In this document: piece by piece, positions 9,165-18,168 of the stretch
Numbering within the stretch: position 1 is the first letter of the stretch
Layout: every line of letters begins with the position of its first letter
DNA from: Aigarchaeota archaeon
GTDB lineage: Archaea; Thermoproteota; Nitrososphaeria_A; Caldarchaeales; Calditenuaceae
Reading direction: 5' to 3'
Assembly (NCBI GenBank): GCA_025059745.1
Contig: JANXDH010000005.1
Location: forward strand, 141,150-205,149
DNA length: 64,000 nucleotides
Translations under genes and position numbers: made by a program
The notes under the pieces: generated by a model
What the model was told of the DNA's origin: nothing
The model's input: the letters and a program-made list of their open reading frames with translations, nothing else
Database searches by the model: none

Positions 9165-9890
9165 ATGGACCCATTAAATGTCGTCCTGCCCCTTGTTATA
9201 GGCATATCCTCGATAGGGTGTGGGTGCTCACTCCCCATATTCCCCGGTCTATTCATGATAATGCGCGGTAGTCGCTCCAAGGCCCGTGCGATCGAAATGT
9301 CAGCCCTCTTCTCGGTGGTAGCGTTGGCCTTCCTGCTGTTCTTCGGCGCATCCATCTCGCTCTTTGGTCTCACATTGAGACCGCCTCAAGAGGGGACCGT
9401 CTCTCAAGACTCACTGGTGCCATTACTGCCTTCCGTAACCCCTCTGTCCCACATCCTAAAGTTCGTCGGCCTCTCGCTCTACGTCATCATCGGGATCTTC
9501 TTGCTCTTGAACATAGAAGTCGAGGGCAAACTAAGTTCGTTCTTCATGAGAAAGGCGACCACTCAACCGATCGGAGTGGGCAGGGCGATCGTCGGCAGCA
9601 TCCTTTACGGCGTTCCCGCGACCATCATGTGCTCTATCATATTTTTGCTACCCTTTGTCTTCTCGTCGCTGACCTTCGGAGACTCGTTCGAGGTCATCGT
9701 GCAGTTCGCATCGTTTGGTATAGGCAGGTCGGCGGTCATTATAATCTTTGGCATGCTTCTCTCCAGTCTACAGACAAAAGCGTTGGAGGTGCTTACGAAG
9801 TGGTCCTCCTCCATCTCAAAAATCATAGGGGTGATAATGATCATTCTCGGCATATACTTCTATGTCTATGCCAGCGCAAGTGGATTTTGA
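9165..9890 (+). CDS. CcdA/DsbD-family thiol-disulfide transporter-like membrane protein
   Basis: 241 aa, ~6 TM. The first helix has GCGCSLPIFPGL, resembling the CcdA SPCxLPxxPG motif, and there is a second membrane Cys (IMCSIIF). Confidence 0.5.
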   Translation: MDPLNVVLPLVIGISSIGCGCSLPIFPGLFMIMRGSRSKARAIEMSALFSVVALAFLLFFGASISLFGLTLRPPQEGTVSQDSLVPLLPSVTPLSHILKFVGLSLYVIIGIFLLLNIEVEGKLSSFFMRKATTQPIGVGRAIVGSILYGVPATIMCSIIFLLPFVFSSLTFGDSFEVIVQFASFGIGRSAVIIIFGMLLSSLQTKALEVLTKWSSSISKIIGVIMIILGIYFYVYASASGF

Positions 9891-9911
9891 GGCCTCATGA
9901 CTTTATAGCAG

Positions 9912-10682
9912 ATGAATGACGAGATTAGGGGCGTGAACCCCTTCAGATACATGTTGATCAAGTGGGTGTATGGTTACTCGGTACCCCTCGACGTGGTGAG
10001 AGAGTTGAGTATCGATACCGGGTCACGATTGTTGCACGTCGGTCCAGGCATAGGCGACAGCCCAATCATGATCCATAAAAGATACAATTGCGCCGTCGAT
10101 TGTATCGAGTTCGACAGAACTTTGGTCTCAATGGGTAGCAGGCGCGTCAACGAGAAGGGCTATGGCGAATCTGTCAGCTATCATGTCTACGAGGAACTGA
10201 CCTACCTCAAGCCACGGACCTATGATGCGGCGCTCTTTGAGTCCTCTCTGAGCGTCGTTACTAATCCCGAGTTGGTCCTATCTACGGTCGCTGGGCTGCT
10301 CAGTGAGGGGGCCCTAGTCGGTGTGCTTGAACTCACTTGGAACTCTTATCCTTCAGACGAGAAGGCTTCTTGGTTGGTTAAAGCCTTGGGTAGAGACGTC
10401 AACTTGAGAACCAGGCGAGAATGGGAGGACGTTTTTCACTCCTCAGGTCACAGGATTTTAAAGAGTTGGTCTGAGGGGATAGGTCTATTAAAGAAGTTCT
10501 GGTCTGATTTCAAGGTAGCACCTACGGGGACGCTGTGGGGTATCTCAAAGGTCGTGTACGGCGCATTAAGTGATGTAAAGAAGAAAGATTTGATGTTTGA
10601 CTTTTTGAACGTCCTCAGAAATTACAAAGGAGATTTGAGCGTCGCTTGTTTCGTGCTTGATCGATCAGATAAAGAGTTATAA
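9912..10682 (+). CDS. class I SAM-dependent methyltransferase
   Basis: 256 aa with the glycine-rich motif I LLHVGPGIGDS and the acidic loop CIEFD. Confidence 0.6.
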   Translation: MNDEIRGVNPFRYMLIKWVYGYSVPLDVVRELSIDTGSRLLHVGPGIGDSPIMIHKRYNCAVDCIEFDRTLVSMGSRRVNEKGYGESVSYHVYEELTYLKPRTYDAALFESSLSVVTNPELVLSTVAGLLSEGALVGVLELTWNSYPSDEKASWLVKALGRDVNLRTRREWEDVFHSSGHRILKSWSEGIGLLKKFWSDFKVAPTGTLWGISKVVYGALSDVKKKDLMFDFLNVLRNYKGDLSVACFVLDRSDKEL

Positions 10683-10689
10683 ATAATTA

Positions 10690-10711
10690 AAAAACGTTAT
10701 AGTTGAGATCG
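10690..10711 (+). repeat. 22-nt intergenic motif, copy 1 (aaaaacgttatagttgagatcg)
   Basis: 20/22 identical to 17881-17902. It ends 2 nt before the ATG of the acyl-CoA ligase. Confidence 0.5.
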
Positions 10712-10713
10712 AA

Positions 10714-12414
10714 ATGGTCCTACCAGGCTACAGAGATCCGAGAACATATATGCCTGAGGGGAAGTATCCGGACGACTGGCCGCCCTTCGAGCGGATCCAC
10801 CCGCCAGACTGGAGAAGTTTCAAGATTCCAAATCCTCCAGAGTGGACCAACGCCACTGAGTACGTTCTAGATAGACACATAGGCACGCCGGTAGAGAAGA
10901 AGACCGCGCTTATAGCAGATGACGTGAAGTACACCTACAGGGATGTACTAGAGCAAGTGTGCAAGGCCGCAAACGCAATGACAAAGACGTTCAACTTGGA
11001 TTACGACAACAGGGTACTGATCGTTGCGCCTGATTACATAGAGGCCTTGGTGACTTGGTTAGGAGCCCAGAGGGCCGGGATCACTCCCTGTTGGGTCTCT
11101 CACCTATACAAATCTCATGATATCAAGTACTTCATAGAAGATACAGCCTGTAAAGTCTTATTCATAGACGGTAAGCAGGCGGAGAAGGTGAATGAGATAC
11201 GTCATGAACTACCCCCCACGCTGAAACACATCGTCGTTTACAGGGCTGACGGTAATCTGAGCTGGGCGAGAGACTATCAAGAATTGGTGGGTAACATGCC
11301 TGGAGAGTTTCAACCGTTGAAGAAACACGTCGACGACTTCACTTACCTCTTCTATTCAGGAGGCACGACGGGTAGACCGAAGTGCATAATCCATTTAGTC
11401 CGGGATTTCACGTGGATACCGTACGCGTTCGTAAATTACATGGAGTGGAGACCAGACGATATTCATTACGACACGTCTCCGAAGTTTCACGATCATGGTA
11501 TATGGCCGGGCGCAATGATACCCATGTGGAACGGTGCCACGGCCATACTCGTGAGTGAACCTCTCACTCCTAAACTCGTGGTCGACGTCATCGAGAAGCA
11601 TAAACCGACCATCCTCACTACAGTCCCCACCGTGCTCAAGTGGCTAGTAGCCTTCCCAGAAGAGTACGGTAGGAAACCGTCTTTTCAATCGATAAGGATG
11701 GTTCACTCAGCCGCTGAGCAGATACCCATGGTCATACACCAAAAGTTCCTTGAGATCTACGGGATTGAGATCTTTGACTCCATAGGGTGCTCAGAGGTAT
11801 CCTATGAGTGGTTCGCGAACAGACCGAAGGAGCACAAGATGGGCAGCACCGGAAAACCGATCTTCGGATACGAGGCGTTACTAGTTGATCCAAACACCTT
11901 CGAGATCATAAGAGAACCGAATAAGGAGGGCGAGATGTGGGTAAAGGCAGATAGCGTCCTAGCTTTTTACTGGAGGAAATACCACAAATCCAAGGACGTC
12001 CTCATAGGACCCTGGTTCAGGACGGGCGACGTGATGTACTTCGATGAGGAAGGATTCCTCTGGCACGTGTCGAGGTTAGACGACGTGTTCAAATCACATG
12101 GTATGTGGGTCTCTCCCTTAGAGGTGGAGGGCGTTATAATGCAACATCACGCTGTTAAAGAGGCCGCGGTAGTGCCCAAGAAAGATGATGCTGACGGCCT
12201 AACGTACCCGAAAGCCTTTGTGGTTCTAAAGAGCGGATACACACTTACACCTGCAATGGTGAAGGAGATTCAGGAGCTGGTCAGAAAGAGCATAGGTGGG
12301 TACAAAGTGCCGAAGTGGATAGAGCAGATAGATGAGATCCCGAGGACAACGTTCCAGAAGATTAGCAGGGTGACCCTAAGGAAACTCGAGGAAGAGAGAC
12401 AGAAACCGTCCTAG
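10714..12414 (+). CDS. AMP-forming acyl/aryl-CoA ligase (benzoate-CoA-ligase-like)
   Basis: 566 aa with the AMP-binding motif YSGGTTGRPKCIIH, plus TGDVMYFDEEGFLWHVSRLDD and C-terminal KVPKWIE. Confidence 0.8.
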   Translation: MVLPGYRDPRTYMPEGKYPDDWPPFERIHPPDWRSFKIPNPPEWTNATEYVLDRHIGTPVEKKTALIADDVKYTYRDVLEQVCKAANAMTKTFNLDYDNRVLIVAPDYIEALVTWLGAQRAGITPCWVSHLYKSHDIKYFIEDTACKVLFIDGKQAEKVNEIRHELPPTLKHIVVYRADGNLSWARDYQELVGNMPGEFQPLKKHVDDFTYLFYSGGTTGRPKCIIHLVRDFTWIPYAFVNYMEWRPDDIHYDTSPKFHDHGIWPGAMIPMWNGATAILVSEPLTPKLVVDVIEKHKPTILTTVPTVLKWLVAFPEEYGRKPSFQSIRMVHSAAEQIPMVIHQKFLEIYGIEIFDSIGCSEVSYEWFANRPKEHKMGSTGKPIFGYEALLVDPNTFEIIREPNKEGEMWVKADSVLAFYWRKYHKSKDVLIGPWFRTGDVMYFDEEGFLWHVSRLDDVFKSHGMWVSPLEVEGVIMQHHAVKEAAVVPKKDDADGLTYPKAFVVLKSGYTLTPAMVKEIQELVRKSIGGYKVPKWIEQIDEIPRTTFQKISRVTLRKLEEERQKPS

Positions 12415-12495
12415 ACGGTCGCTCTAATCGAAAAACTTACTCTTCTCGATTAACAACCGATAATTTTTATATAGCATTCATATGCTGTAAAATGC

Positions 12496-14202
12496 ATGGG
12501 TATCGTCCCGACGTTTAGGTTCAATCTAACGAGTGCAGTCATAATAGCCACTGTCGTCTTTACCGGTTACTTATGCCTCAACCCTATGGGGTGGCTATTA
12601 TTTGGTAGTTTCTGGAGCGCTGACCCGGGAAAAGCCGGCGTACTCACCCTAGACAACTACGCTAGAGCGTTCGCCTCAAGGGAACTCGTGCCTACTCTCA
12701 TAAACTCCGCAATATACGCCATAGGTGCAGCGGGGCTCTCTACTCTAATGGGTCTCATTTTGGCTTGGACAGTCGTCAAGACTAACACGCCATTTAGGGG
12801 CTTCATTGAGATCATAGCCATATTACCGTATATGGTCCCGTTGTTGCTCCTAGCCATAAGTTACACCTTTCTCTTCAGTCCTAGAATCGGGCTGATAAAT
12901 AGAGTATTGATGGGACTCTTCAACTTACCTCAAGCACCCTTCGACATATACTCGATGTGGGGGATGATTTTGGTGATGGCGATATTCGAGACACCCTTCT
13001 CGTTTCTAATAATTGCTGCTGCCATGAGGGCCATGGACGCTTCATTGGAGGAGTCCGCGAGGGTCGTTGGTTCGTCACCGTTCTCTACGTTACGTAGCAT
13101 AACGTTACCGATAATAATGCCTGCGGTCCTCGCCTCATTCCTGATAAACGTAGTGAGAGCGCTAGAGATATTCGACATCCCCGCTATACTGGGCTATCCG
13201 GTCAAGTTATACGTAATGCCCACGCTAATCTACACGACCCTGTGGAGTGGCCTCGCACCGGACATCAGGGGCGCCACAGCCCTCTCCACTCTCCTAATGG
13301 TCCTGACGGTCTCACTGATTCTGCTTTACAGATATTACACGCGACAGAGTTACAAGTTCGCGTCCATAGCTGCCCGCGGGTTTAGGACCGGAGTGGCCGA
13401 TATAGGGAAGTGGAAGTACGTCACACTCGCGTTCGCGTTCTTTTACTTCTTCATAGCTGTCGTGCTGCCAATTTTCATCCTAGCGTTCTTTTCCTTCATG
13501 CCGAGGCTAAAGACTCCGGAGCTATCAGACATAACCCAGTTCACGCTGAAGAACTACATCGACGTCTTCACGTACCCGATAACGTTTAGGGCGCTCCTTA
13601 ACAGCGTGTTCCTTGCTGTAGTGGGTGCGTTCCTAGCCGTGCTGTTGGCGTCGCTAATATCCTACTTGACCATCAGGATAAAAGGTAGAGGTAGTAACCT
13701 ACTTGAGAGCGTGGCCACTCTTCCGTTCGCAGTCCCCAGCATCGTGCTCGCGGTCGGTCTCATCTGGGCATACCTCTACATACCCATAGGCATCTATGGT
13801 ACGATATGGATCTTGATGGTAGGGTACATCACCAAATTCATACCTTTCGGTATAAGGTCCGTCTCCGTGAACATGCTGCAGATACACAAGGACCTCGAGG
13901 AGTCCGCGAGGGTCTCTGGGGCGTCTCGAATCAGGACGTTCTACTCGATATTGTTGCCCCTAGTGAGGCCTGGCATGATAGCGGCGTGGCTGATACTGGC
14001 CACCATATTCCTGAGGGAGTTCAGCATGTCGATCCTCCTCTACAAGGCAGGCTCCGAGGTGCTCCCGGTGGTCGTCTTCGATATGTACATCAACGGATTC
14101 TGGCCGACACTGAGCGCGATAGGCGTCCTCATGACCGCTATAAGCCTGACGTTCGCGGCCATCGCCTTGAGACTCGGTCGCGGTTCGTCGATATTCGGGT
14201 GA
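12496..14202 (+). CDS. fused two-domain ABC transporter permease (FbpB/ThiP-like)
   Basis: 568 aa, ~12 TM, with two EAA-type loops (LEESARVVGSSPFSTLRSITLP and LEESARVSGASRIRTFYSILLP). Confidence 0.75.
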   Translation: MGIVPTFRFNLTSAVIIATVVFTGYLCLNPMGWLLFGSFWSADPGKAGVLTLDNYARAFASRELVPTLINSAIYAIGAAGLSTLMGLILAWTVVKTNTPFRGFIEIIAILPYMVPLLLLAISYTFLFSPRIGLINRVLMGLFNLPQAPFDIYSMWGMILVMAIFETPFSFLIIAAAMRAMDASLEESARVVGSSPFSTLRSITLPIIMPAVLASFLINVVRALEIFDIPAILGYPVKLYVMPTLIYTTLWSGLAPDIRGATALSTLLMVLTVSLILLYRYYTRQSYKFASIAARGFRTGVADIGKWKYVTLAFAFFYFFIAVVLPIFILAFFSFMPRLKTPELSDITQFTLKNYIDVFTYPITFRALLNSVFLAVVGAFLAVLLASLISYLTIRIKGRGSNLLESVATLPFAVPSIVLAVGLIWAYLYIPIGIYGTIWILMVGYITKFIPFGIRSVSVNMLQIHKDLEESARVSGASRIRTFYSILLPLVRPGMIAAWLILATIFLREFSMSILLYKAGSEVLPVVVFDMYINGFWPTLSAIGVLMTAISLTFAAIALRLGRGSSIFG

Positions 14203-14306
14203 CCAGATTCAGCATTTTCAGTTGTTTACCTAACTCGTCGGCTTTAGCTTCAATTGATTTCAATAAGTAAAAAAATTTTAATACCAGAACAAGACTATAT
14301 TAAAGC

Positions 14307-15470
14307 ATGAATAATGAAAAATTTAAGGAAACTAAGATATCGAGGAGGCATGCGATCTCCAAAGTGGCGGCCGTTGGCGGAATTGTAGCCGCGGGCGTAA
14401 TTACAGGACTAGGGGGTTACCTCGCAGGCTCAAATCAAAATGCGCAACCACCTCAGACAGCGACAACGACCATAACCCAGGCGATAACCCGTACCCTGAC
14501 TCAACCGGTTACCACGACCGTCGAGGTGACTCCGAGACTCACACCCGTTGACGTCAACTTAGTAACGACCTCAGGTGCGCGTAACGCCGCTTTCTTCCTC
14601 CTCCCCATAGACGACGCAAGAGGTAGGGAGCTGGCAAGCCGATTGGGGCTGAACATCAGGTCATACAGGCAGGTGAGAGGGACAGGCGAGGCTATAACCG
14701 ACGTGTTGGAGAGGAGGGCCGACATTATCTTGGCTGCGTCGATCGATGCATCCCTACAAGCTATGGAGAGGGGCGTTGATATAAGGTTCATACACTTCAA
14801 CGACAGGTTTGCGATCAGTACGTTCATAGGGAGGAAGGGGTTCCCACACAAGACGTTAGACCAGATGAGGGATGCGGTGAGGAGGGGCGAGCGCATAAGG
14901 GTCGGTTACACGAGACCCGGAGGACTCTCTTACTTCAACATGCTCTTCCTTGCGGCGCAATTAGGTACGAAGGAGGGAGAAGGCGTTATAGGTCTCTCTC
15001 TCGGCGAACAGGACGCCATCTTGGCCGCGATGGCTAGGAACGAGGTGGACCTGTACGGGACTACACTGGGGTTCGCTTTGCAGACACAGGAGAGAGGAAT
15101 CGCCGACATAATTTTGAAAGAGTCGACAGTCAGGGGCGCACTTTGGCACTCTTGGACTCTACTGACAAATACCGAGACCATCGAGAGAAGACCGGAGCTG
15201 GTCGCGCGGGTGGTCGCCTACACTAGGGAGCTGATAAAACTATGTGAGGTCGATAGGGATTACGCAGTATCGCTGATGATGAAGGAACCTCCTGCAGGAT
15301 ACGGCTACTCGAAAGCGGTGGCAGAATCTTACTACGACGAGATGCTTTGGAACCACCTTGGCGCTCCGAACGCGTCAGCTCTCAGCAAGATGAGGGACGA
15401 GTACACTGCATGGGGACTTATCAGGTCAGTTCCGCCACTCGCCAACTGGTACACGACTAGGTTCCTGTAG
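14307..15470 (+). CDS. ABC transporter substrate-binding protein (NMT1/TauA-like), N-terminally anchored
   Basis: 387 aa with an N-terminal SRRHAISKVAAVGG helix followed by a Thr/Gln-rich linker. It is convergent with a TauBC-type permease/ATPase operon. The family call is by context and weak recall. Confidence 0.5.
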   Translation: MNNEKFKETKISRRHAISKVAAVGGIVAAGVITGLGGYLAGSNQNAQPPQTATTTITQAITRTLTQPVTTTVEVTPRLTPVDVNLVTTSGARNAAFFLLPIDDARGRELASRLGLNIRSYRQVRGTGEAITDVLERRADIILAASIDASLQAMERGVDIRFIHFNDRFAISTFIGRKGFPHKTLDQMRDAVRRGERIRVGYTRPGGLSYFNMLFLAAQLGTKEGEGVIGLSLGEQDAILAAMARNEVDLYGTTLGFALQTQERGIADIILKESTVRGALWHSWTLLTNTETIERRPELVARVVAYTRELIKLCEVDRDYAVSLMMKEPPAGYGYSKAVAESYYDEMLWNHLGAPNASALSKMRDEYTAWGLIRSVPPLANWYTTRFL

Positions 15471-15482
15471 CGCGCCTTTATC

Positions 15483-16259
15483 TCACGCGGTAACCTCCAC
15501 CAGTCTCAGTTTCATCCTCGCTTTTCCCTCTATCCTTAACAATACGAAGTTTATTGTGATCGCTATTAGGGCAACGATCATTATAACTCCGTAAAGAGTT
15601 GAGGTCCTGAGGGAATGGGAGAGTGCGGAGACTATATACCCGATGCCAGGACTATACAGGAGGTCTCCTACGATCGCTCCGACCAGAGAGTATAGGGTCG
15701 CCGTTCTGAGGGAGGCTAGGAAACTGAAATAGGCGGCAGGCCAAAGCAACTTCCTGTATACCTGAGTCTTTCTAGTGGCTCCGAAGGTCTTCACCATCGA
15801 GAGGTAATCTGCGGTGAGAGTCCTTAGGCCCGAGAGGACGTTCAGACTGACGAATATGAAACTGAATATGCTGATGTATGCTATCTTCATCACGAAGACG
15901 TCCCCCAGGAACTTCAGTATTATGGGTATGAATATCGATTTCGGTATGGCGGCCACCATGAGTATGTAAGGCAGTGCTAAACCGCGCACGTAGCGAAGCT
16001 CAGCCATCAACATCCCGAATAGAAGTCCCGTAACGGAACCGAGACATAGGCCGCTCGCGAAGGTGGACGCGGTGTAGACGAAGTGGTCAAGATACCTCCC
16101 CGTAGTCACTATCCTTAAAACTTCATTTAAGACTGTTATCGGTCTCGGAAGGAGAACCTCTGGATATATCCTCAGGAGGACGAAGACCTCCCACCCAATG
16201 AAGAAGGATGCGACGATAGCCAACTGAACCATCAAACGCGTGGGAAGATTGAAACTCAT
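15483..16259 (-). CDS. ABC transporter permease (TauC/SsuC-type)
   Basis: 258 aa, 6 TM, with EAA-like loop MVKTFGATRKTQVYRKLLWPAA. It overlaps the upstream permease gene by 4 nt. Confidence 0.75.
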   Translation of the reverse strand: MSFNLPTRLMVQLAIVASFFIGWEVFVLLRIYPEVLLPRPITVLNEVLRIVTTGRYLDHFVYTASTFASGLCLGSVTGLLFGMLMAELRYVRGLALPYILMVAAIPKSIFIPIILKFLGDVFVMKIAYISIFSFIFVSLNVLSGLRTLTADYLSMVKTFGATRKTQVYRKLLWPAAYFSFLASLRTATLYSLVGAIVGDLLYSPGIGYIVSALSHSLRTSTLYGVIMIVALIAITINFVLLRIEGKARMKLRLVEVTA

Positions 16260-17047
16260 AGCGTCCTCATCCTCCCTCTTACCCTCCTATCCAACCAAGA
16301 GAAGGTCAAGTTGATGGCGAGGGCTGTTAGAATCACGACTACCGTAGCAGCATACATGATTGGCGTCCTGAACGTGGTGTTCCCCCAGGATACCAGAAAT
16401 CCCATGCCTATGCCAGAAGCGACCATCTCTCCTACTATCACCCCGACAAACGTGTAACTGAGACCCAACTGGAGCGCCGTCGTCAATATGGGGAATATGC
16501 TAGGTATCGCCACCTTCACGAAGATCTTTGAGACAGAGTTAGTGAACACCCTTGCCATTCTCAAGTAGCCCCAGTTCAAGTAGGAGAGGGCTCCGGTGGT
16601 CGTTATTATCAAAGGCGGTAGTCCGACGAGCACCCCCAAAGCTATCTTAGACTCTATGCCTATTCCGAATAGAAGCACTATCGCAGGGTAGAGAATAACG
16701 GCCGGGATGGCGAAGAAGGCGAGTATCAGGGGATAAAATACGTCCCTCGCTCCCTTATTTAAAACCAGCGCGAAGGATGACGGGAGACCTACGCCTATAA
16801 CTATCATAAAGGCTATCATAACAGTGTACAAAGTAGTGAGGTAGTTTGAGATGAAGCCGTGAGGCACCTCGGGGTTCGAGCCGAAGGTGTACAGTGCCCT
16901 CAAGAGGTCGTCTAACGTGGGGAACGTCCATCTACTTATCCACCCAACCCTCACCAGAAAGTCGAGAGAGAGTAGCACTCCCGCCACTATGATCAAGTGA
17001 GGGACTACTCTCTGGAGCAGTGAGAGCGCAGAATTACCCTTGATCAC
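16256..17047 (-). CDS. ABC transporter permease (TauC/SsuC-type)
   Basis: 263 aa, 6 TM, with EAA-like loop MARVFTNSVSKIFVKVAIPSIFP. It overlaps the ATPase gene by 4 nt. Confidence 0.75.
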   Translation of the reverse strand: MIKGNSALSLLQRVVPHLIIVAGVLLSLDFLVRVGWISRWTFPTLDDLLRALYTFGSNPEVPHGFISNYLTTLYTVMIAFMIVIGVGLPSSFALVLNKGARDVFYPLILAFFAIPAVILYPAIVLLFGIGIESKIALGVLVGLPPLIITTTGALSYLNWGYLRMARVFTNSVSKIFVKVAIPSIFPILTTALQLGLSYTFVGVIVGEMVASGIGMGFLVSWGNTTFRTPIMYAATVVVILTALAINLTFSWLDRRVRGRMRTL

Positions 17048-17829
17048 TTCCCTATACCCCTCTTTAATTTCAACCAGAGCTCCCTCCTGACCTTTTGTAC
17101 TCCCTCCGACTCTGGATCTCGCGGCCTCTCAACGTCAATATCAACCACGTCGATTATCCTGCCGGGTCTCGCTGACATGACGGCGACCCTAGTTGAGAGG
17201 AAGGCCGCCTCGGCCAGGCTATGGGTGACGAAGACCACTGTCTTCTTCGAGTGCATCCATATCCTCGATAAGTCCTCTCCGAGCATCAGTCTGGTCTGTT
17301 CGTCAAGGGCCCCAAATGGCTCATCCATGAGTAATATCTCGGGGTTGACGGCTAGGGCCCTCGCTATAGCTACCCTCTGCTGCATCCCACCGGAGAGCTC
17401 TGAGGGGTACATGTTCTCGAAGCCCGATAGGCCGACCAGCTTCAGGTACTCCATCGCCACCTCCCTACGCTTCTCCTTCTTTACGCCGGAGAGCTCGAGG
17501 CCCAATCCGACGTTATCGATGACCGTCCTCCAGGGAAGGAGTAACGGGTTCTGAAAGACGTACGAGATGGTACCGGGTTGAGGGCCGTTGACCTTTTTTC
17601 CGGCAACAATCACGGTCCCCTTGGTGGGTTTGATCAGACCTGCCATGATGTTCAATAAAGTTGATTTACCACATCCTGATGGCCCAATGATCGTAAAGAA
17701 CTCGCCTTGGCTGACTTCTAAGCTAACGTCGCTCAGCGCATCTATGACCGAGTTAGCGATGCTGTACGAATGTGAGATCCCCTCAACCCTTATAACCGAC
17801 CATCCCGATCTGGTCTCTAAAGAGGACAT
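17044..17829 (-). CDS. ABC transporter ATP-binding protein (TauB/SsuB/NrtD-type)
   Basis: Walker A GPSGCGKST, signature LSGGMQQRVAIARAL, Walker B ILLMDEP. Confidence 0.85.
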   Translation of the reverse strand: MSSLETRSGWSVIRVEGISHSYSIANSVIDALSDVSLEVSQGEFFTIIGPSGCGKSTLLNIMAGLIKPTKGTVIVAGKKVNGPQPGTISYVFQNPLLLPWRTVIDNVGLGLELSGVKKEKRREVAMEYLKLVGLSGFENMYPSELSGGMQQRVAIARALAVNPEILLMDEPFGALDEQTRLMLGEDLSRIWMHSKKTVVFVTHSLAEAAFLSTRVAVMSARPGRIIDVVDIDVERPRDPESEGVQKVRRELWLKLKRGIGK

Positions 17830-17880
17830 CTGATCAACGCACCGTATAATACTAAGAGCATGACTTATTAATAGTTTACC

Positions 17881-17902
17881 AAAAACGTTTTAGTTGAGAA
17901 CG
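17881..17902 (+). repeat. 22-nt intergenic motif, copy 2 (aaaaacgttttagttgagaacg)
   Basis: 20/22 identical to 10690-10711. It lies 52-73 nt upstream of the ABC ATPase operon start, on the opposite strand. Confidence 0.5.
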
Positions 17903-17955
17903 GTGATCCTAAATTGTTCCGTGTTAGGTGCGATCTGACGTGATAGTTTGAGTTT

Positions 17956-18059
17956 TAGCCCGGGGCGGATTCGAACCGCCGTCACGGGGGAACCCCTCGT
18001 ATCGGATCCAGAGCCCCGTATCCGTAGTCCTGACCGATTGACCGCTAGACGACCGGGCT
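17956..18059 (-). tRNA. tRNA-Gln(CUG), 104 nt, apparently with two introns
   Basis: Reverse complement: AGCCCGG-UC-GUCU-AGCGGUCAA-[UCGGUCAGGACUAC]-GGAU-A-CGGGG-CUCUGG-[~17 nt]-CCCCG-UGAC-GGCGG-UUCGAAU-CCGCC-CCGGGCU-A. About 31 nt exceed a 73-nt tRNA. Confidence 0.7.
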
Positions 18060-18168
18060 TCAATTATCAGTTAGGTTGGCCTCTATATCAGGTTTTAAAC
18101 CGAGACCCACTCCAGTTGAGCAAAACAAAAAATTATAAGGCGGTTTAGAATTGAGATATTGAGATCTC

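Noticed and set aside
17903-17955. Possible micro-ORF (GTG ATC CTA ... TGA, 11 codons) downstream of motif copy 2
   Set aside because: It is too short and featureless to support. It probably reflects only spacer sequence between the motif and the tRNA-Gln 3' end.
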